IMG/VR virus record: IMGVR_UViG_3300036794_000042
Span: 9,465-73,464 of that record
DNA length: 64,000 nt
From: a virus
Reading direction: 5' to 3' (one strand)
Shown here piece by piece: positions 52,297-61,241 of the stretch. How positions within the stretch are numbered: the first letter of the stretch is position 1; each line of letters begins with the position of its first letter. The translations under genes were made by a program, and so were the position numbers. The notes under the pieces are model-generated. The model had not been told where the DNA came from, did no database searches, and saw only the letters and a list, made by a program, of their open reading frames with translations.

Positions 52297-53583
52297 TCAG
52301 GCCGCTGCGGCCTTGTCCAGCGCCGGCATCGTTGCCAGCTCGATCTCGTAAGCCCGGTCCACATCCTCCACCGTCTGGGCGAAGGCTGAGACCGCCTGGG
52401 CGAGTCCGCCAGCCGTGGGCTGGCCGCTCAGGATGAACATGTCCAGCACACCCTTGCGCTCTTCCTCGCTGAAGCCGAGACCCTGGCAGATCGCAGGAAC
52501 CGTCTCGCTCGGCGTGTCGATCGCCACGGCGGCCTTCTCTTCCACCCCGCGCACCAGGCGCTCCAGGTAGCCGGTGGTGAGCCAGGTACCAACCGCGTCG
52601 GTGGTCTCGCTGGAGACCAGCGCACCGGCCCGCCGTGCGGTCTCGGCGCTGGCCCGGATCAGGCCCTGCTCCAGCCGCGCGCCCAGGTGGACCTTGCGGA
52701 TGCCCTCCTTGCGCTGCACCCACCCGTTGGTGCATCGGACGATCCCGATCACCGGGTCCAGGGTGTACGCGCCGCCGCCCGTCTCGCTGTTGCGGAAGTC
52801 GATGCCCATATAGGCAACCGGGCTGTCCTTGTCGCTGAACATGTGGTGCGCCCCGTACTGCTGGCGCAGCTCATCGAAGGTGCCGGCCCGCTTCGCGCCC
52901 CGGTCGAACGGGGAGACGTAGCCGTTGATCAGGTTCGGGGCCAGCGTGTTGATCTCTGGGAACTCGAACCGGACGCGCATCGCGCGCTCGCTCAGGTCGG
53001 TGACCCGCACCAGGGGCTGAACGCCCGCGTCACGGATTCCGGCCATGACCGCCATCAGCATGTCCAGGTTGTCCATCGTGATGCCGTAGCGGTCGCTCAG
53101 CATCGCGCGGGCCACGCCCTCATCGCCGTCTTCGCCCCGGAAGAGCCGGAGCAGGAAGGCCCGGGGGTCGGGCTCGTGGATGACCACCCGCTCTGACGGC
53201 TGGCTGCCTGGCTGGACCGGGGCCACCTTGCCACGGAGCAGGCCGTTCACGTTGCCGTCGATCAGGTCGGTCCGGCCGCGCTCACGCAGCTTGCGCAGGT
53301 ACTGGCGGGGGATCTCCAGCTTGGCGGCCAGGCCCTCATCGAAGACCTCGGTGGGCCGGTAGGTGCCGATCGTGCTGGTCACGCCACTGGCGGACAGCAC
53401 GGGCTCGGTGCCCTTGACCTGGATCAGGCCGTCCTGGCTCCGCATGTTGATCGCGGGGACCACCACATCCAGCTTGTGCGCGTTCTGTGCCTGGAGGACT
53501 CCCACCAGGTCTTCCGCCGTTGCGTTGCGGGCGGTGAGCTGTACGTTCGTCATGATCTGGATCGTTCCTATCTGGTCTGACAT
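52297..53583 (-). CDS. DUF932-like domain protein (likely start ATG 53553)
   Basis: LTARNAT..DL...L..Q...K.D.VV, FLLRLF, RAMLSDRY...DN, NSETG.GA, VRC.NG and HLG motifs. Confidence 0.75.
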   Translation of the reverse strand: MSDQIGTIQIMTNVQLTARNATAEDLVGVLQAQNAHKLDVVVPAINMRSQDGLIQVKGTEPVLSASGVTSTIGTYRPTEVFDEGLAAKLEIPRQYLRKLRERGRTDLIDGNVNGLLRGKVAPVQPGSQPSERVVIHEPDPRAFLLRLFRGEDGDEGVARAMLSDRYGITMDNLDMLMAVMAGIRDAGVQPLVRVTDLSERAMRVRFEFPEINTLAPNLINGYVSPFDRGAKRAGTFDELRQQYGAHHMFSDKDSPVAYMGIDFRNSETGGGAYTLDPVIGIVRCTNGWVQRKEGIRKVHLGARLEQGLIRASAETARRAGALVSSETTDAVGTWLTTGYLERLVRGVEEKAAVAIDTPSETVPAICQGLGFSEEERKGVLDMFILSGQPTAGGLAQAVSAFAQTVEDVDRAYEIELATMPALDKAAAA

Positions 53584-53812
53584 TTCGGGCTCCGGGTCCG
53601 TCCCGTTTGCCCTACGTAGTTTGTCAACAGCCTACCCTGCCAGGACATTCCCCGTACCAGATTTTTCCCAAAACGAGCGGCCGGCTGCCCGGAAGGGGTC
53701 GCCACCAGGAGATCTCCACTCTCTCCCGGGACCAGGCAGCCGGCCGTGGCGGGGACATACTGCTTCCCCAACCCCGCCAGCACGCGGGTGCGTCCGCCCG
53801 CGTGCCTCAGAC

Positions 53813-54187
53813 TCAGGCGTGCTGCTTGGCCAGCTCGGCCAGCCGGTCGGCCGTGTCACGCTGGATGACGTCGTAGACCTCGGGCGGGAACGGCTCGGCC
53901 TCCGGGCTGCGGTCCAGCCAGTCCTGGACGTCCGCGAGCCCGCCGCGCCTCACCATTTCCGCGATGAAGGACCGGGCGAAGAACGCCAGCTCGTGGCCTT
54001 CCACGGTGTGCGGCTGGAAGGTGCCGGCCGCGTCACCCATCCTGATCCTCGGGGCATGGCCGGGGACCTGCGGGCCGTCATCGACGGTGAACCAGAGGCA
54101 GTCCCCGGTGTAGCTGGAGCACATGGTCACTGCGCCCTCGGGCAGCTCGAAGCCGGACAGCGGCTGCGGGTTTGGCATGATTGGCAT
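53813..54187 (-). CDS. Hypothetical protein
   Basis: GGGAG RBS before ATG 54187. Confidence 0.55.
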   Translation of the reverse strand: MPIMPNPQPLSGFELPEGAVTMCSSYTGDCLWFTVDDGPQVPGHAPRIRMGDAAGTFQPHTVEGHELAFFARSFIAEMVRRGGLADVQDWLDRSPEAEPFPPEVYDVIQRDTADRLAELAKQHA

Positions 54188-54288
54188 TGTCAGTCTCCCT
54201 GGGTTGATCGGAATCGTTGGCATCGTTGGGTTGATTGGTACAAGGTGCCCGGCCGGACCAGACGGGGACAGGCCCGGCCGGGCACGCA

Positions 54289-55392
54289 TCACTGAGCCCA
54301 GGGCGGCATGTCCGGCGCGGTGCCGGGCTGCTGCGGCTGGGCCTGCTGCGGCGGCTGGGCCTGCTGCGGAGCCCCGTTGCCGTTCCACCCGGCCGGGGGC
54401 TGCTGCTGCGGCGGCTGTGCTCCCTGGGCCATGCCCTGCGGGGTGAACTGGCCCGTCCCCGGCTGGCCAGGCTGCTGCGGCTGAGCCCACTGCGGGGCAC
54501 CCGGGACGGGAGCCTGCTGCTGCTGCTGCTGCTGCGGCGGGCCGGACGGGACGAATCCCGGCTGCTGCGGAGTCACCTGGCCCGGGAACTGCTGGCCGCC
54601 CTGGGCGTACTCCTGAGCCCCGGGAACGGGAGCGGCACCGGCTGCCCAGCCACCAGGCGGCTGCGGCTGGCCGGTCGCCTGCTGATACGGGTCCGGGGCG
54701 GCCTGAGCGGGCTGCTGAGCGTTCCACGGCTGCGGGGCAGCCTGCGGTGCGGGCTGGCCCTGCGGAGCGCCCCAGCCTTGCGGCTGCGGCTGCGGGGGAG
54801 CCTGCTGGTTCCACTGCTGGGCCATGCCCTGCGGGGGAGCCTGCTGGAAGCCCTGCTGCGGCTGCCCGTACCCGGGCGGCGGGGCGAAGCCCTGCTGCGG
54901 GGCCATCTGCTGCTCGCGCGGCCAGTCGGTGGGCGCACCGGGACGCGGAGCCCGCCAGTCGCGGATCTTGGTCCGCACCTGGCCCTCGTACTCATCGTCC
55001 TTCAGCAGCACCTGGACCGGACGGCCCTTCATGGCCTGGGCCACCTGCTCTTCCGCCCAGCCCAGCATCCAGAACGGCTGGGTGCCGTTCACGATCTGCT
55101 GCGGGTTTTGCGGGTCGGGCACCGGGATGCCCAGCGCCGCCAGGTGGCGGAACATGATGCCCAGCGCCCGGGGGTTGTCGGCCGAGATCGTGATGGTCTG
55201 GGTGAGCGGCATCTTGCCCGCGTGCTCGCCCTCGGTGGTGCGGACCTTCACGGTCCACTGGCCCTTGCTGCCGTCCTTGGTCCGGCCGAACGCGCTGTCT
55301 TCCACGACGGCATGGACCCAGCCCTCCGGGTAGCGCAGGTTCGAGTTGTCTGCCTGCCCGTAGAGCTGGCCAAAGTCATACCCTTGGCTCAT
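54289..55392 (-). CDS. DUF669-like ssDNA-binding protein with a long Gln/Pro/Gly-rich tail
   Basis: N-terminal OB-like region (PEGW..A.V.D....TK.G.K....V...GE.AG); directly downstream of a Sak4-like ATPase. Confidence 0.7.
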   Translation of the reverse strand: MSQGYDFGQLYGQADNSNLRYPEGWVHAVVEDSAFGRTKDGSKGQWTVKVRTTEGEHAGKMPLTQTITISADNPRALGIMFRHLAALGIPVPDPQNPQQIVNGTQPFWMLGWAEEQVAQAMKGRPVQVLLKDDEYEGQVRTKIRDWRAPRPGAPTDWPREQQMAPQQGFAPPPGYGQPQQGFQQAPPQGMAQQWNQQAPPQPQPQGWGAPQGQPAPQAAPQPWNAQQPAQAAPDPYQQATGQPQPPGGWAAGAAPVPGAQEYAQGGQQFPGQVTPQQPGFVPSGPPQQQQQQQAPVPGAPQWAQPQQPGQPGTGQFTPQGMAQGAQPPQQQPPAGWNGNGAPQQAQPPQQAQPQQPGTAPDMPPWAQ

Positions 55393-56213
55393 TGCGGTGT
55401 TCCTCCAGTCAGTACCTGCTTCAGGCAGGTCTCGATGGTGTAGCCAGGCCGGCCGGGGTAGCCGAGCTGGAGAGAGTAGGGCAGGCGGCCTCCGACCCGC
55501 TCGCCCGTCTCATATTGCGGATGCGGCCCGATGAGCATGTTGCGGGTGCCATCGGGCTGGGCGGCGATGAAGCCCAGCACGTCCACGTAGTAGGGCAGGA
55601 AGTCTGACACCTGGCCCTGGACCAGCGGACGCCATTTGCCGTCCCGCTGGTGTGTCCCGGCCACAAAGCAGACCGACCAGATCGGGTGGGTCGGGTGCGT
55701 GATCAGGTCACGGAAGCGCCGGGTGGTCGAGCTGACCTGACGGAGCAGTGCGCCCCACTGGTCCCGCTCGATCTTCCGGGTGCCCGCGATCGAGTCGATG
55801 ATGCGCTGCTGGACCTCGGTGATCGAGTCCACGCTGATGGCATTCCAGGGATGCTGGCCGCTGTTCAGCGTGTTGTAGATCCGGTCCACCGTGCCCGCAT
55901 CCCGCACCGTGGCGATGCAGGACTCCCAGGCGGCGGTGACCGACGTAGGCCCGTAGCCGACCGTGACGTGCCGGCCGAGCTGCGGCGGGGTCTCGCGGTC
56001 CGGGTTCCAGTAGATCTTCCGGCTGGGCGTCCAGTAGCTGGTGCCCTCCACGTCCACGATCAGGCGCGGCCCTGGCCCGGAATCCGCGAACGTGCTCTTG
56101 CCAGCCTTGGCCGCGCCGTGGACCAGGAAGCTGAGCCCCTGGGCGCGGCGCTCGGGAACAGGCGGCTGCTGATAGGCGGCCGGCATGGGTTGCTGAAAAG
56201 TCTGGATCGTCAT
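55389..56213 (-). CDS. AAA_24-family ATPase (Sak4-like)
   Basis: LVHGAAKAGKS Walker A; IVDVEG; VDSITE Walker B; DVLGFI. Confidence 0.85.
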   Translation of the reverse strand: MTIQTFQQPMPAAYQQPPVPERRAQGLSFLVHGAAKAGKSTFADSGPGPRLIVDVEGTSYWTPSRKIYWNPDRETPPQLGRHVTVGYGPTSVTAAWESCIATVRDAGTVDRIYNTLNSGQHPWNAISVDSITEVQQRIIDSIAGTRKIERDQWGALLRQVSSTTRRFRDLITHPTHPIWSVCFVAGTHQRDGKWRPLVQGQVSDFLPYYVDVLGFIAAQPDGTRNMLIGPHPQYETGERVGGRLPYSLQLGYPGRPGYTIETCLKQVLTGGTPQ

Positions 56214-56336
56214 CGAGCGATCGTCTCCCTGATCGACTCAGCCAGCCTACCAGGGCAAGTCTGCCGGTGAACCTCCACGTAGGGCTCCATGAAGACAACA
56301 ACGTTGCCGCACGCATCGCACACCGTCTGGATGGCG

Positions 56337-57344
56337 TTATCGGGTATCGGCCGCAGGTCCACTCTTGATCTTCTCCAGCTCGGTGTGCAGGGTCCGCAGC
56401 GCATCGTTGCGGTAGTACGAATAGGGGTCGCCCTGAACGTAGCGCCCGCTGCTGACAAGAAGGCCGGCCCAGTCGCTGCCGTCATCCATCATCGTGCAGA
56501 GCCCGCTGCTGAAGGGGCAGTCCCAGGAGCAGCGGTCGATGATGGGGGTCGGGGCCAGCATCGACTGCTGGACCGCGTTGACGGTCTCCAGGCTGCCGCC
56601 GAACGCCTGGTACATCGCATCGAGCGCGTCCCTGGCCTCGCAGATCGCGGTGCAGACAGCGATGATCTTGCGCCGGGTGCTCTCGATCATGTCGGGGTTG
56701 TAGCGGAACTCGTCCCGCTGGTAGTACGGCGGCTTGCTCGCGCCGGTCCGCTTCACCCGCCGCAGGCTGGTGATAATCCCGCCACGCACTTGCGGCGCAC
56801 CGGGAATCCCAGCGGTGGCCATGTGCTGGATGGTCGAGTAGTAACGCATCTGCGGGTCCAGGGACAGCAGCTCGTGCTTGTCGAAGTTGGCCACCGTCTT
56901 GTAATCGAGATAGCCCAGCGTGCCGTCTGACCTGCGGCGGTACACCTGGTCCATCCGCGCCCGGAGCGTCACGCCCAGGGTCTCCATCGGCACGTTGACG
57001 TCGGCCTCAACCTGGACCACCTCCAGGTCAGCGTCTTCCCCGGTCTCCTTCACCCACTCCAGGTACCCGGTGACCATGATCACGGCCATCTCCCACTCGG
57101 CCCGCAGCTCGCTCTCCTGGTCCGGGTGCTTGCTCAGCTCGACCGCATAGAGCGCGTTGATCACGTCCACCGGGTCCAGCTCGTAGCCGTAGTAGCCCTC
57201 CAGCGCGACGTGGATGCGGCTGCCCATGTTCTTCTTGGATGCGGCTGGCTCATCAGCGGGCAGGAATCCCAGGTAATAGGTGATAAACCATTGCCGCTTG
57301 CACCGCTGCCAGAGGTTGATCTCGCTATTACTGATCGTGATCAT
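56337..57344 (-). CDS. PD-(D/E)XK exonuclease (Cas4/RecB-like)
   Basis: S.SEI.L.QRC.RQW, G..IH.ALE, RARMD, DYKT, C-terminal C..C....C. Confidence 0.85.
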   Translation of the reverse strand: MITISNSEINLWQRCKRQWFITYYLGFLPADEPAASKKNMGSRIHVALEGYYGYELDPVDVINALYAVELSKHPDQESELRAEWEMAVIMVTGYLEWVKETGEDADLEVVQVEADVNVPMETLGVTLRARMDQVYRRRSDGTLGYLDYKTVANFDKHELLSLDPQMRYYSTIQHMATAGIPGAPQVRGGIITSLRRVKRTGASKPPYYQRDEFRYNPDMIESTRRKIIAVCTAICEARDALDAMYQAFGGSLETVNAVQQSMLAPTPIIDRCSWDCPFSSGLCTMMDDGSDWAGLLVSSGRYVQGDPYSYYRNDALRTLHTELEKIKSGPAADTR

Positions 57345-57555
57345 GAATTACCTCTCCCTGAAGAATGCCCGGCTGGCCAGGACGCACACCCACCGTGATG
57401 CCCGTTGCCGCACCGTCTGCTGATTCCTGGTCATTGAACGGGATGACAATTTCAACCCCGGGCGGATGGCCAGCGCGCACCAGGTCATTGATCTCTATCT
57501 CAAACGCCTGCGGCAGCCTGACCACCACCTCCCAGGCGCGGGCTGGCTTAGCCAT
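57328..57555 (-). CDS. Hypothetical protein
   Basis: Fills the gap between helicase and nuclease with overlaps. Confidence 0.5.
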   Translation of the reverse strand: MAKPARAWEVVVRLPQAFEIEINDLVRAGHPPGVEIVIPFNDQESADGAATGITVGVRPGQPGILQGEVIHDHDQ

Positions 57556-59419
57556 CGAATAGCACGCCCTGCCCGGACTCGGCTGGCTCGGCCCCGGTCA
57601 CGATCCAGCGCAGCAGATCCGCGTCACGGGTCACGTTCATGACCCGCTCGGCCTTCTCTTCACCGAGCTGGAACAGGCCCTCTTCAACGGTGTGCGGGGT
57701 GATCGAGTAGATCACCCGCACGGCCTTCTCCTGGCCGATCCGGTCCACCCGGCCGATCTTCTGCTCGCGGCTGCGGAACACCGGGTCCGGCTGGGCGAAG
57801 AAGATGGTGCTGGCCGCCGTCAGGGTGATGGCCTCGCTGCCGGCCGCGTTGATGAAGCAGACCTGCACGTCCCCGCGCTGGAACATCTCGGCCGCCGAGT
57901 CCTTCTCCATGCTGGTCATGCCGCCGACGATCCTGCTGCTGGTGATCTTGAACTTGCCGATATACCCAGTCATCAGCTCAATGAGCTGCGGGCTGTTGGC
58001 GGCCACCACGAGCTGGTCAGTCGGCTCGTCCATGATGAAGTCAAGCAGGTCATCGGCCTTGGATGACGGCGCGGTCATGCGCACCAGGTCCGTGGTGAAG
58101 CCCTGGGCATCCTCGCCGTGGGTCACCTCCACGGTCGAGACCGCCATCTGGCACAGGCGGCTGAACAGCACCCCGCTGTTGGCCGGCACGATGGTGGAGG
58201 GCTCCAGGTCGGCCAGCAGCTCCTTCCTGAGCTGCTTGTAGACCCTGGCCTGGGCCGGGGGCATCTCCGGGTAGCGGAACACCGGGTCCAGCCTTGGCGG
58301 CTGCCACGGCCGCGCGATCTCCTTGGGGATGCGGCGGATCAGCGGCTGCACCAGAGAATGGAAAGTGCGCGCCGTGTCCGGCCTGATGTCCAGCACCTCC
58401 ATCCCGCCGTGCCAGGCGTACTCCTTGATGGCGAACAGATCCAGGTACCGCGAGCGCGACGGCCATGCCCGTGGGTCGATGCCGTGCAGAATCGGCCAGA
58501 GATCATTGATCGTGTCCCCGATCATGGTGCCGGTGACGGCCCAGAAGTTCTCCGCGTGGTGGGCCAGCCACCAGACGGCTCTGGTCTGCTTGCTGCGGGC
58601 ATCCTGCATCCGGTGCGCCTCATCAGCGATCACCGTCTGGATGCGGAAGCCCTTGCGGTTCAGCTCCTTCTCGTGCAGGTCACAGCGGCCCGGGGTGGTC
58701 TTCGGGTCCTGGCCGCCGTGCTCCGGGCACCTGGCGAACGCCACGCCGGGGTACCTCGCCAGCCGGGTGTGCGTGCGCACCGATGACCAGGCCATGACAT
58801 AGACGTCAGCAGGCTCTTCGAGCGCCCGCCGCCGCCTCAGCGCGGTGCCGTCCACCACGGAGACCTTCAGCTCAGGTGCCCAGCGGTCGAACTCGCGCTT
58901 CCAGTTGTAGAGCGCCGCGCCGGGGGCGACCACCACGGCTGGCAGCCCGCCGCCCTGGCCGCGCTGCTCCAGCACCTGGAGCGCCCGGATCACCATCGGG
59001 GTCTTCCCGTTGCCCTGCGGGTCGCCCAGGATGTCCCGACGCCAGCGCACCAGCCAGGCTGTCCCGCCGCGCTGCGGCAGGAACAGCTTGCGCTCAGCGC
59101 CCTTCTCGATGGCGTCGATCTCCCTGGCGATGTGCGGCGGGGCGTCCAGTTCCTGGCGCATCGCGTAGCGCTCCTGGACGCCCTGCCAGCACGCCTCCCC
59201 GTACTTGGCCAGGGACGGCCGGATGTCGAGCGGCTGGCTGCCCCAGACCTCGCGCAGGCAGGCATAGGCGGGCCAGCTCAGATCGACCCGCCAGATGCCG
59301 TCCGCCTTGTCGTAGTTGCACCCGGGGATCTGCTCGGCCAGGTGGTGCTCAGCCTTGGGGCAGCCAATCGCCAGCCTTGGCGGCTCTACGGTTGAGTCGA
59401 TCGCTGCCCAGCTAGTCAC
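57548..59419 (-). CDS. SNF2-like DEAH helicase
   Basis: GTG 59419; DPQGNGKT, DEAH, TGT, ITLTAA, GRVDRIGQ motifs. Confidence 0.9.
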   Translation of the reverse strand: MTSWAAIDSTVEPPRLAIGCPKAEHHLAEQIPGCNYDKADGIWRVDLSWPAYACLREVWGSQPLDIRPSLAKYGEACWQGVQERYAMRQELDAPPHIAREIDAIEKGAERKLFLPQRGGTAWLVRWRRDILGDPQGNGKTPMVIRALQVLEQRGQGGGLPAVVVAPGAALYNWKREFDRWAPELKVSVVDGTALRRRRALEEPADVYVMAWSSVRTHTRLARYPGVAFARCPEHGGQDPKTTPGRCDLHEKELNRKGFRIQTVIADEAHRMQDARSKQTRAVWWLAHHAENFWAVTGTMIGDTINDLWPILHGIDPRAWPSRSRYLDLFAIKEYAWHGGMEVLDIRPDTARTFHSLVQPLIRRIPKEIARPWQPPRLDPVFRYPEMPPAQARVYKQLRKELLADLEPSTIVPANSGVLFSRLCQMAVSTVEVTHGEDAQGFTTDLVRMTAPSSKADDLLDFIMDEPTDQLVVAANSPQLIELMTGYIGKFKITSSRIVGGMTSMEKDSAAEMFQRGDVQVCFINAAGSEAITLTAASTIFFAQPDPVFRSREQKIGRVDRIGQEKAVRVIYSITPHTVEEGLFQLGEEKAERVMNVTRDADLLRWIVTGAEPAESGQGVLFDG

Positions 59420-59811
59420 CCTGCTGCCTCCATCGCGTCCGCGTAAGCCAGCCGGAGGCGCTTGCTGTAGTAGTAGCCGTCCCCGGTGGTCTTCTTGTGC
59501 CACTCATCGCTCATGCCGTTGGCGTCGGCCCACTCGCGGACCTTCTTGCCCGCACCGCTGCCGGGCGCAAGCTGCCCGCGCGTCAGGGTGCGGTTCCGGC
59601 GCGGCTTGGGCGGCGGCCCGTCCAGCTTCAGGCCGGCCCGCTTGCAGCGTTCCAGCGTCTCACGGAGCATCTTGTAGTGCTCACTGGTCAGGTCTAGCTG
59701 GTACCAGGCTCCGTCGATGCCGACGTGATCGGTCACGCTGGCCTCGATCCTGATGCCGTGCTCGTCCAGCTCCCAGTCATCCCAGAGCCGGGGCACCAGT
59801 TCCTGGGCCAT
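59416..59811 (-). CDS. lsr2: Lsr2-family protein with a divergent DNA-binding domain
   Basis: Lsr2 dimerisation domain (V.IDG..Y.LDL..EH...LR..L....AG) and VREWA.ANG; no RGR. Confidence 0.8.
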   Translation of the reverse strand: MAQELVPRLWDDWELDEHGIRIEASVTDHVGIDGAWYQLDLTSEHYKMLRETLERCKRAGLKLDGPPPKPRRNRTLTRGQLAPGSGAGKKVREWADANGMSDEWHKKTTGDGYYYSKRLRLAYADAMEAAG

Positions 59812-60158
59812 CAGGCCACCGACTCGTTGATGCGCCGGTACAGCTCGTTCCGGTAGTCCGCCCTGGTCAGCTCGGCCCGCTCGGACAGCGGCTCGGCGCT
59901 GAAGTCGCGCAGGCCGCCGCCGTAGCTCCAGGTCTCACCTGGTGCCAGCAGCTTCTCCCGCCACCGGGAGCAGTTGGGGCAGTCCTGGTGGACGAACGTC
60001 ACGCCCTGGACCTGGGACGGGCTGTAGCGGGTGCCCTTCGGCACCCTGCCCGGCTGCCAGAGCATGGGCCAGGGGTGGTGGTCGCCACGGCACGAGACCA
60101 CCCGGTCATCGACGTGCCCGAGGATCTTGGTTGCCTTGTCTACCATCTTGGTAGCCAT
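59811..60158 (-). CDS. Hypothetical protein (Cys/His motifs)
   Basis: CRGDHH.W...CPNC. Confidence 0.55.
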   Translation of the reverse strand: MATKMVDKATKILGHVDDRVVSCRGDHHPWPMLWQPGRVPKGTRYSPSQVQGVTFVHQDCPNCSRWREKLLAPGETWSYGGGLRDFSAEPLSERAELTRADYRNELYRRINESVA

Positions 60159-60632
60159 TTATTCTCCCGATCTTGATCTAAGGTTGGCCAGGATTTCCGC
60201 CTCCCGTGGCGGGACCTGGTTGGTGCGCATCATCCAGGCAAGGAGATGCTGGGCGGCGCTCTGCGCGTCGTTCTTGGCCGGCACCCACCAGCCGATGGCC
60301 CGCAGCATTGCCTGCGTGGCCACCAGCCGCTCACCCGGCTGGGCCGGGGTCAGGATGGTGCGCTTATACCGGACCGCCGCCGACTTGACCGCGCCGATCA
60401 TCATGATGGCGTCCTGGGCGTCGGCGGTCTTCTTGTGCGTCTGGGCGTTGATGGTGAATGCTTCCCAGCCGACGTGGACCTTGGTGTAGCTAATGCAGAT
60501 CCGCTCGGCCAGCTCAGCCGCCGTGGCGAAATTGCCCTCATCAATGAATGGCTGGTCGGTGGCCGGGTGCCAGACGGCAAGGCCGGTCATGCCACCCGGG
60601 TCCACCCAGGCAACAGGGAAAGCTGGCTGCAT
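60159..60632 (-). CDS. RuvC-like Holliday junction resolvase
   Basis: VDPG.MTG, WEAF, IG.VK and NDA.SA..H acidic RNase H-fold motifs. Confidence 0.75.
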   Translation of the reverse strand: MQPAFPVAWVDPGGMTGLAVWHPATDQPFIDEGNFATAAELAERICISYTKVHVGWEAFTINAQTHKKTADAQDAIMMIGAVKSAAVRYKRTILTPAQPGERLVATQAMLRAIGWWVPAKNDAQSAAQHLLAWMMRTNQVPPREAEILANLRSRSGE

Positions 60633-60701
60633 CGTTCATCCCATCGTGATCGTCATCGTCAACAGCCTACGTCATCATGCAGGCTGACGTGCCAGTTTTG
60701 C

Positions 60702-60926
60702 TCAGGGCTTAGGCTGCTGGCCGCTGACAGCCTGGATCGCGGCGGCCTTGGCCTCATGCGCCGTGCTCTTGGCCTCCATCGCGGTCCTGGCCGCGTTGCC
60801 TGCGGTGTTCTGCGCGTCCGCTGCGGTCTTGCGGTTGCTGTTGCCCCGGACCAGCGCGGTCACAGCCCCGATGAGACCGGCCACGGCAATGATCAGCCCG
60901 GTCCACGCCTGGATTGATGCGTTCAT
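60702..60926 (-). CDS. Small single-TM protein
   Basis: AWTGLIIAVAGLIGAVTALV + Ala-rich coil. Confidence 0.6.
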   Translation of the reverse strand: MNASIQAWTGLIIAVAGLIGAVTALVRGNSNRKTAADAQNTAGNAARTAMEAKSTAHEAKAAAIQAVSGQQPKP

Positions 60927-61066
60927 TTCTTCCTCTTCCTGGCCTTTTTGGCCTGCTTGCGGCGGCCTCGCTCAATGGCCTTCTGGTCCTTCTTGCGCTG
61001 CTTCTCGATCCGCTCCTGGATTTTGCGCAATGCCTTCCCAGGGTCGCTTCCATTCGGGCCACTCAT
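60923..61066 (-). CDS. Highly basic 47-aa peptide (not in the ORF track)
   Basis: GGAG RBS; MSGPNGSDPGKALRKIQERIEKQRKKDQKAIERGRRKQAKKARKRKK; ATGA coupling to 60702..60926. Confidence 0.55.
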   Translation of the reverse strand: MSGPNGSDPGKALRKIQERIEKQRKKDQKAIERGRRKQAKKARKRKK

Positions 61067-61241
61067 GGACTCTCCGGTAGGTAATCGTCACATCACCGTT
61101 GCCGTCCGCCGAGACCTGCGTATCGACACCGATGATCATGAGCGGCTGGCCGCCGTGGGAGGGCAGCATGTCGGACGGTTCCTCCCGGCCCTCCCGGTCA
61201 ACCCAATGCACTCGCGGAGCACTCATCAGGTCTTCACCCAC
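60972..61241 (-). CDS. Hypothetical protein
   Basis: Overlaps the polA stop; its 3' third overlaps the basic peptide ORF. Confidence 0.45.
   Translation of the reverse strand: MGEDLMSAPRVHWVDREGREEPSDMLPSHGGQPLMIIGVDTQVSADGNGDVTITYRRVHEWPEWKRPWEGIAQNPGADREAAQEGPEGH

Noticed and set aside
53670-53750. HDV-like/theta ribozyme (the - strand begins GGCCGGC...TGGTCCC like HDV)
   Set aside because: The L3 consensus (UCCxCGY), the P1.1 GG after P1 and a full P2 partner are missing; a simple long hairpin explains the sequence.
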